NCBI GenBank assembly: GCA_041674185.1
Contig: JBAYWE010000003.1
Span: 896 to 64,895 of the forward strand
DNA length: 64,000 nt
From: Minisyncoccota bacterium
Lineage (GTDB): Bacteria; Patescibacteriota; Minisyncoccia; UBA6257; JAGOQP01
Reading direction: 5' to 3'
In this document: one piece after another, positions 54,742-61,847 of the stretch
Layout: each line of letters begins with the position of its first letter
How positions within the stretch are numbered: position 1 is the first letter of the stretch
Program-made: the position numbers and the translations under genes
Notes under the pieces: generated by a model
Seen by the model: the letters and a program-made list of their open reading frames with translations, nothing else
Database searches by the model: none
Told to the model about the DNA's origin: nothing

Positions 54742-57700
54742 ATGATACGCGTACCATTTTTACAACAGCGGAGAGGTTTTTCGTTGGCCGAACTTATTAT
54801 CTATTTGGGTATTCTCGGTATATCAGCCGGGATTTTCGGTGGTATGTTAAATACCATCAGCACTACTCAAATTGCGGAGTTTAATCAGAATGAAGTTTCT
54901 GGACAATTAAACTTTGCTATACAAACTATTCAACGTTATGTACGCGCGGCAAGTATTATAGAAGGAGAATCAGGAATTCCGAGTTCTACGCTTGTATTAC
55001 AGATGCCTGTTGCCGCACAAAATCCAACAAGCATTTCTCTGCAGAATAATCGTATTTATATTACTCAGGGAGCAACGGGGACACCACTTGCCATTACGAA
55101 TGATAAAGTTTCTATTGATAATTTAGAATTTCGTCGTTTTGCACAACCTGCCTCAAAAGATGTTGTCCAAATTGATATTGCTATCTCACAAGAATCAGCC
55201 GGAGGAAAACGTATTGCTCGTTCATTGCGCTCCGCTATTACTCGTGTGAACGCCGCTGCATTTGATAGCGATCTTATTCCTAATTCCGACGGTTCATATA
55301 ATGTGGGTACGTACCCTTCCGCACGATGGCGTGACGGATCATTTTCTGGACAAGTTTCCGCTGGATCATTTTGTTTTGCTTCTGATTGTCGTACATCGTG
55401 GGCAAACATCGCAGGAGTAAGTGGAAGTGGAAGCGCAAATTATATTGCAAAATGGAATACTGCAAGTACCATTAACGCCTCAACTCTTATTTATGATAAC
55501 GGCACCAATGTAGGAATCGGTGCTATTAACCCTGGATACAAACTCGATGTACAAGGCGGACAAATTAATACTTCAGGTGGACTTTGTATTAACGGTGATT
55601 GTAAAACAGCGTGGTCTCAAATTGCGGGCACCCAGGCGTGGACGGCAACCGGAACCAGTATTTATTACAACACGGGAAATGTAGGGATTGGAATGGTAAA
55701 TCCGGGATCAAAACTAGATGTTTTAGGTGATATTCGATCAGGAACTTCGTACCGAACCAGCATCCAAGGAGATGGTTCTGGAGCAAGGGTTCTATTTGGA
55801 TCTGAAGGAGATCCAGATTATTTAGGTATTATTGGAGCTTTCGCATCAATGATGCAAATTGATAGTTATAATGGACCACTTGTATTTAAGGAGGCTGGTT
55901 CTGAAAAAGTTAGAATTACTTCCGGTAACGTTGGCATTGGAACAACAGCACCTGGTGCCAAACTACATGTTTCTGGAGGGAGTATTTTAATGGATAATAA
56001 CCTTGCATTTAAATTCAAAGATTCCACAGGAACTGCACAAAATGTATTCTTCGCTGGTACTGATAACGTACTCTATATTCAACCGCTTAACGTAACCAAG
56101 GGAACTTCTATTCAATATGGAAATCTTGGTGTAGGTACTAACGTACCCACCGCAAAGCTACAAGTGAATCCCGGAACCGCGGTTGAAGGAATTCGTATTA
56201 TTTCGAGTGACTACTCCCCTTTTATTATTCGTAACTCTGCCGACACTGCTGATTTGTTCCGCGTAGATCAAAATGGAAATATTACTGGAGGAACAGGAAA
56301 TGCAAGTGCATGGACACGTAATTCAACCAGTGGCTATTTATATACAAGTACTTTAACCGACAAAGTTGGTATTGGAACAGCAACACCCGGAACCTATAAC
56401 GGCGTCGTATCTGGTTTAGAAGTAAAAGGATCTAGTCATACCGGAATAGCGATTAATTCTCCAACGGATTATGCGGCAAGTCTTACTTTGGCTGAAAATA
56501 ATAATCCTATGTGGCACTTACTCTCCAGAGGAGATTCTGCTAATAGATTTGAATTATATGCTGCTGATGGAACAAGTAATGGAGCAAAAATAACTGTATT
56601 GCAAGGTGGAAATGTGGGTATTGGAACGATAGCACCAACATCAAGATTGGTAGTAAGTTCCTCAGGTATATCAGCTGGAACACCAGAATTTGTTGTTGGT
56701 GATTATGGAACAATAAAATTAAAAACATATCAAACTGGAAGTACTTATGCTGCGATTTATACAGGAGCTAATGAAGATTTAAGAATTACTGCTGGGACAG
56801 ATAGTTCTCAATTAGTATTAAAAGCAAACAATGGAAACGTCGGTATCGGGACTGCCTCCCCTGCTCAAAAACTATCTGTTGCGGGAACTATAGAATCAAC
56901 TTCAGGTGGTGTTAAGTTTCCTGACGGCACCACACAAACCACTGCATATGCAGGAGGGACTCAAACAATTGTTTCCGGAAATGTTTCCTCAGGTGCGTTT
57001 GGTAGTAATACGGGGGGTGGAAATTATAGTTTTCCGGGTAATGTGGGGATAGGGACAACAAGTCCGGGAAAAACCTTGCATGTGGTAGGCGATGTTCGTG
57101 GTGGAGCTTATTATAATACGAACTCTGGCGACGGTTGGTTGATAAATCAGGATTCGGGAACAAACCGAGGACTATATTATTACAATACCGCAGGAACTTG
57201 GGATTTCTTTGACGGAGGTACATCAAAGGTAAGTATCAACACCAGTGGGAATATACAAATGGACGGAGTATTAACAATAAGTGGGACAGGAAATACAACA
57301 ATAGCCGGTAACGTCGGTATCGGAACAACGGCACCTCAATCTACTGTTAAACTTGATGTTCGACAAAGCCTCACAAACGGCACTGCTATTGCTGGATATG
57401 TTTATGACGCTACCCAAGAAATAACGGCACTATACGGTGTTGCCTATCCAACAACAGGTAGCGCGGCAGCGTATGGAATGCGAGGTGAGGCAGGTGGCAC
57501 ACGTACAACTGGAACAAATATCGGTGGTTACTTTTCTGCAAGTGGTGCAACAAATAATTATGCTTTGATTACAGGAGGTGGCAACGTCGGTATCGGTACT
57601 GCCTCCCCTGCTCAAAAACTATCTGTTGCGGGAACTATAGAATCAACTTCAGGTGGTGTTAAGTTTCCTGATGGTACTACACAGACAACTGCATATGCAG

Positions 57701-59970
57701 GAGGAACCCAGACAGTGGTAGCGGGAAATGTATCTTCGGGTGCGTTTGGTGCAAATACTGGCGGTGGAAATTATAGTTTTCCAGGTAATATGGGAATTGG
57801 AGTAGCAAGTCCTTCGTATAAATTGGAGATTGGAGCTTTGAGTGGTTCTGTAGAACCCACGAGCTTGAAAATAAATGGTGGTGCAACCAATGTTACTCAG
57901 ATTCGTATTGGTGATAACTATACCGCAGCAGTTGGTACTCGATATTCTGGAGCAGAGGCTTACCTATCGAGTAACTCTTATCAGAATACATTAGGAGCTG
58001 ACTCATGGGCTAAAACAGCAACCACATACGGATCAACCATGCTTTCTTTGGGAATTAGTTCTACTTTAACTTCACCAGCACTTCAAGTTAAATTTTCTCC
58101 GGCAAGTACAGCAAATGGAGCTATAGCCTCTTTCTTCCCAAATGATTTATTTACTATTCTCGGTAATGGAAGTGTTGGTATTGGAACGGTATCACCCGGA
58201 GGAAAATTAACTGTGGATGGATCTGGAGAGACACTCATTAAGTTGCAATCAGGTGGCACTGAGTTTGGTGAAATCGGCACCTATTCGAGTGGTTTGATAA
58301 TAGGTACCAATACCGCTGTTCCGTTGACTTTAGAAACCAGCAATACGGCAAGAGTAACTGTTCTCGGTGGTGGTAATGTGGGTATTGGAACGACGAGTCC
58401 GGGAGCAAAATTACATATCCAAACTGATACCTCAGGAACGCAAATACCATTTGATATCTACGGATATAGAACAGCAGCACCAGCAAGTGCTACTCATTTA
58501 GCCCAAATATCTCAAATAGGAACTTATGGCCAAGGTGTTTTGGATCTATATAACTCCGCCCAGGTTAGTGCTATTCATCTTGCAACAGATGGTAACAGTT
58601 ATATAGTACCGCAAAATTCTGGCAACTTTGGTATCGGAACCACTACTCCTGCTACAGCACTTCATGTCGTTGGTACAGTAACCGCGAGTGCTTTTAGTGG
58701 TGCTCTTTCAGGAACGGTAACCGCCCCGAATGTATCTTCTGGTGCGTTTGGTGCAAATACCGGAGGTGGAAATTATAGCTTCCCTGCTAATGTCGGTATT
58801 GGAATTGCAAGTCCGGGAAGCCAGCTACATGTTTATTCAGCAACAACAGGTATCTTTACTTTAGAGGGGGCTACTACAGGTGCTTATACGGCAGCTGACA
58901 TGCTTCTAAAAAGCAGCGGCTCATCTGGTATGCGGGGTACAGGAGTATTTATGTATGATTCTCTAGCACAGAAAGAATGGTATGCGGGAACTCCATATAG
59001 TGCTACTGATTCTTACATGATTGGAAGAAAATCCTCGGTTGCTAGTCACGATTCATCGATTGCCCAAACATCAAACGCTCTATTGGTTATTAATAACACC
59101 GGCAACGTCGGAATTGGAATAGCAAATCCGGTAAAAAAATTACAGGTACATGGAGATATAGCCCTATCAAATGGAGGAAGGATCGGACAAGGAAATGGAT
59201 GGGGCACTGATGGTAATTCTTATAATGCGACTTTAGAACTATATAATGGAGCAACCGGATATACTACTCTACAATCCGCAACAGCTTATGGGATATTACT
59301 CAATCCTTCGGGTGGCAATGTCGGCATCGGGACGACGGCACCGAACTATAAACTACATACTTATGTTGCTTCTGGAAATACAGAAAATAGATTTCAGACT
59401 GCTGGAACAGGATATGCTGCACTAAGCTTAATTAATAACACAAATAATTTATATGTAGGAGTTAATGATAGTATAGGAACAGGAATGTTTTCTTCGGGAG
59501 GTATAGCAAATGCTGGAGCATTATATACCCTTGGGAGTTATCCATTACAATTAGGAACTTCAAATCTTCCCAGAGTTACAATTGACAGCGCCGGCAACGT
59601 CGGCATCGGGACGACGGGGCCTACCCATAAACTTGATGTATCTGGTTCATTTTATTCTCGTCTTATTACCAAGGGCAATTGTACTGGTGCGGTTACCATT
59701 GATTGGAATGCAGGAAACACCCAACATTGTGTACTTACCGGAAATGTGACCTTCACCTTCTCAAATGGACAAAGCGGAGGTAACTATAAATTGGTCTTAA
59801 AACAAGGCGGTACCGGATCATACACGATCACGTGGCCTGGAACGGTGCGTTGGGGTGGAGCTGTCTCCCCCACACTCACCACTACCGTGGGTAAGAGCGA
59901 CTATGTAGGATTCTTCTACAACGGAGTAGATAGTACGTATGACGGAAATGCATTTAATGCAAACTTCTAA
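54742..59970 (+). CDS. giant (1742 aa) pilin-like protein with a class III signal peptide and tail-fibre-like GNVGIGTTxPxxKLxV repeats
   Basis: The N-terminus QQRRGFSLAELIIYLGILGISAGIFGG has G-F at the cleavage site and Glu at +5. The body holds more than 20 copies of a (G)NVGIGT(T/A)SPxxKL(H/S)VxG motif, which resembles the phage tail-fibre repeat (Phage_fiber_2-like) consensus. The repeats are separated by Gly/Thr/Ser-rich beta segments. Confidence 0.65.
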   Translation: MIRVPFLQQRRGFSLAELIIYLGILGISAGIFGGMLNTISTTQIAEFNQNEVSGQLNFAIQTIQRYVRAASIIEGESGIPSSTLVLQMPVAAQNPTSISLQNNRIYITQGATGTPLAITNDKVSIDNLEFRRFAQPASKDVVQIDIAISQESAGGKRIARSLRSAITRVNAAAFDSDLIPNSDGSYNVGTYPSARWRDGSFSGQVSAGSFCFASDCRTSWANIAGVSGSGSANYIAKWNTASTINASTLIYDNGTNVGIGAINPGYKLDVQGGQINTSGGLCINGDCKTAWSQIAGTQAWTATGTSIYYNTGNVGIGMVNPGSKLDVLGDIRSGTSYRTSIQGDGSGARVLFGSEGDPDYLGIIGAFASMMQIDSYNGPLVFKEAGSEKVRITSGNVGIGTTAPGAKLHVSGGSILMDNNLAFKFKDSTGTAQNVFFAGTDNVLYIQPLNVTKGTSIQYGNLGVGTNVPTAKLQVNPGTAVEGIRIISSDYSPFIIRNSADTADLFRVDQNGNITGGTGNASAWTRNSTSGYLYTSTLTDKVGIGTATPGTYNGVVSGLEVKGSSHTGIAINSPTDYAASLTLAENNNPMWHLLSRGDSANRFELYAADGTSNGAKITVLQGGNVGIGTIAPTSRLVVSSSGISAGTPEFVVGDYGTIKLKTYQTGSTYAAIYTGANEDLRITAGTDSSQLVLKANNGNVGIGTASPAQKLSVAGTIESTSGGVKFPDGTTQTTAYAGGTQTIVSGNVSSGAFGSNTGGGNYSFPGNVGIGTTSPGKTLHVVGDVRGGAYYNTNSGDGWLINQDSGTNRGLYYYNTAGTWDFFDGGTSKVSINTSGNIQMDGVLTISGTGNTTIAGNVGIGTTAPQSTVKLDVRQSLTNGTAIAGYVYDATQEITALYGVAYPTTGSAAAYGMRGEAGGTRTTGTNIGGYFSASGATNNYALITGGGNVGIGTASPAQKLSVAGTIESTSGGVKFPDGTTQTTAYAGGTQTVVAGNVSSGAFGANTGGGNYSFPGNMGIGVASPSYKLEIGALSGSVEPTSLKINGGATNVTQIRIGDNYTAAVGTRYSGAEAYLSSNSYQNTLGADSWAKTATTYGSTMLSLGISSTLTSPALQVKFSPASTANGAIASFFPNDLFTILGNGSVGIGTVSPGGKLTVDGSGETLIKLQSGGTEFGEIGTYSSGLIIGTNTAVPLTLETSNTARVTVLGGGNVGIGTTSPGAKLHIQTDTSGTQIPFDIYGYRTAAPASATHLAQISQIGTYGQGVLDLYNSAQVSAIHLATDGNSYIVPQNSGNFGIGTTTPATALHVVGTVTASAFSGALSGTVTAPNVSSGAFGANTGGGNYSFPANVGIGIASPGSQLHVYSATTGIFTLEGATTGAYTAADMLLKSSGSSGMRGTGVFMYDSLAQKEWYAGTPYSATDSYMIGRKSSVASHDSSIAQTSNALLVINNTGNVGIGIANPVKKLQVHGDIALSNGGRIGQGNGWGTDGNSYNATLELYNGATGYTTLQSATAYGILLNPSGGNVGIGTTAPNYKLHTYVASGNTENRFQTAGTGYAALSLINNTNNLYVGVNDSIGTGMFSSGGIANAGALYTLGSYPLQLGTSNLPRVTIDSAGNVGIGTTGPTHKLDVSGSFYSRLITKGNCTGAVTIDWNAGNTQHCVLTGNVTFTFSNGQSGGNYKLVLKQGGTGSYTITWPGTVRWGGAVSPTLTTTVGKSDYVGFFYNGVDSTYDGNAFNANF
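56839..57800. repeat. near-identical internal DNA repeats (period 747 bp) within the giant pilin-like gene
   Basis: gtcggtatcgg(g/t)actgcctcccctgctcaaaaactatctgttgcgggaactatagaatcaacttcaggtggtgttaagtttcctga occurs at 56839 and 57586. A third, more diverged copy lies near 58736. Confidence 0.6.
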
Positions 59971-60035
59971 TGGATATATTATGGAGTTCGTATTATGAAT
60001 TGTGCTATACTTAAAAAAATAATTAAACGTTTATT

Positions 60036-60608
60036 ATGACTATAGATAAAAAGACTTTATATATTATCATCGGTGTTGTGGTACTTATCATCGCAGGACT
60101 TATTGGATTACTTCTTGCACAAAGTGATAACACCTCTTCTTCAGCCAATCCAGCTAATCCAACTTCTCAAGATGGAGGCTCAGGAACTCCCCTTTCTGAG
60201 ACACACGCAGAAGTTCCTCAAGACATAGAGGTTCCTGATTTAAGCGCAACTGCTACCAGTGTTCCTGAGGACGTTGCTATCCCCAAAGCAGTTACTTCTG
60301 CCGCCCCTGGTGTTTCTGCTTCATTACGCGTATTTGAAATTAAAGGAGAGAATGGTACCTTTAGTCCTTCAACGGTTATTGCCTACACCGGAGATACGAT
60401 ACATGTGAATTTTACCGCCGTTGATAAAGAATATGATATTACGTTTCCTGACTATAATATGAAACAAACGGCATCAAAAGGACAAACAAAAGTTCTTGAG
60501 TTTCAAGCACAAGCAACAGGGAAATTTACCTACTACTGTGATCTCTGTGGTGGATTAAAATCAAAAGCTGTTGGATATATTATTGTAGCTCCTCTGAAGA
60601 CTCAATAA
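60036..60608 (+). CDS. membrane-anchored protein with a cupredoxin-like C-terminal domain (paralog 1 of 3)
   Basis: TM helix, a Ser/Thr/Pro-rich linker, then FSPSTVIAYTGDTIHVNFTAVDKEYDITF...GKFTYYCDLCGG...GYIIV. This resembles the cupredoxin beta-sandwich pattern but lacks the full Cu-ligand set. Confidence 0.35.
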   Translation: MTIDKKTLYIIIGVVVLIIAGLIGLLLAQSDNTSSSANPANPTSQDGGSGTPLSETHAEVPQDIEVPDLSATATSVPEDVAIPKAVTSAAPGVSASLRVFEIKGENGTFSPSTVIAYTGDTIHVNFTAVDKEYDITFPDYNMKQTASKGQTKVLEFQAQATGKFTYYCDLCGGLKSKAVGYIIVAPLKTQ

Positions 60609-60718
60609 ATAAATCTTTTTATTTATCATAAAAACCGTGTTACCTGACACGGTTTTTATATACTTACTTTATGCTATACTAATACATATATTTTTGTGAG
60701 AAAGAATACGTTTCACCT

Positions 60719-61270
60719 ATGCACAAAATTTTAAACCATACCAAAGTTATTTTTGTTATTGTAGGAGTTTTTCTTCTCTGCGGCATTGCTCTGATTATGT
60801 ATTCATCCTCTCCTACTAATTCTCATCAAGACACCTCTCTTATAACACCTATTGCTTCATCAACCACACCTTCTGTATCATCTATCCCCCAACCATCATT
60901 TCAACCATTTACAGAACAACATCCTGATTCTTATACTCTGTCAAAACCAGACCAACTTATTCCTGCACCTATAAAAACAAACGACACCAGAAAGACAAAA
61001 TTGTTTTATTTACAGGAAACGATTGATGGATTTACTCCCGATCATATTGTTATTGAACGAACTGATCGTGTGCGTATTCAATTTACTGCAGTTGATGATG
61101 CATACGATCTTGCTATTGCTCCTCCTATTGGAGCCTACATTGCCGCGGCGCATGGAGGCTCTACTTTATTTGGATTTGACGCACATTATATTACCCCTGG
61201 CATATATACTTTTGTCTGTCAGAAGTCGTGTCCCCCTCGTTACGCACAGGGAACTCTGGTTATTAAATAA
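60719..61270 (+). CDS. membrane-anchored protein with a cupredoxin-like C-terminal domain (paralog 2 of 3)
   Basis: The same architecture as paralog 1: FTPDHIVIERTDRVRIQFTAVDDAYDLAI...GIYTFVCQKSCPPRYAQGTLVIK. Confidence 0.35.
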   Translation: MHKILNHTKVIFVIVGVFLLCGIALIMYSSSPTNSHQDTSLITPIASSTTPSVSSIPQPSFQPFTEQHPDSYTLSKPDQLIPAPIKTNDTRKTKLFYLQETIDGFTPDHIVIERTDRVRIQFTAVDDAYDLAIAPPIGAYIAAAHGGSTLFGFDAHYITPGIYTFVCQKSCPPRYAQGTLVIK

Positions 61271-61325
61271 CAAATGCAGTATAATATTTATATATTAGTA
61301 ATTAATAAGTAACACATAAAAAAAT

Positions 61326-61826
61326 ATGAGTACTGAAAATGGTGGATCAACAAAATCCACAAAAATAGTCACCGGCGTGGTGGCAGTTATCGTTATTATT
61401 ATTATTGCGTTGTTTGTTTTCCTCTCCCCCTCTTCACCGGAGTCAACAACAGACACCACAAACCCAGCTACTGAAGATAGCGCCCTTCCTCCTGAAAATG
61501 CGTCTACTACCGGTGGCGCTGCAGGTGGCGCATTTGGTGATATAAAAGATGTTGATAAGATTTATGAAATAAAAATGGATAAGGGAGCATTTAGTCCTGT
61601 GAGTACTGTTGTTTCTAAGGGCGCAGTTGCTCGTATCGCTTTTTCTGCAATAGATGGGGATTACAATGTTTCATTTGCATCTCCTATTGATATGAATATC
61701 AATTTGAAAAAAGGACAAGCAGCACTCGTTCCGTTTGATGCTCAGAAAAATGAATCGGGAGAATATGCATTTACCTCAAAAGATGCTGAAGGAAAAACCA
61801 TGACGGGAAAAATTGTTATCAAATAG
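61326..61826 (+). CDS. membrane-anchored protein with a cupredoxin-like C-terminal domain (paralog 3 of 3)
   Basis: The same architecture as paralogs 1 and 2: FSPVSTVVSKGAVARIAFSAIDGDYNVSF...GEYAFTSKDAEGKTMTGKIVIK. It contains no Cys. Confidence 0.35.
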   Translation: MSTENGGSTKSTKIVTGVVAVIVIIIIALFVFLSPSSPESTTDTTNPATEDSALPPENASTTGGAAGGAFGDIKDVDKIYEIKMDKGAFSPVSTVVSKGAVARIAFSAIDGDYNVSFASPIDMNINLKKGQAALVPFDAQKNESGEYAFTSKDAEGKTMTGKIVIK

Positions 61827-61847
61827 TTAGTTAATCATCACCATACT

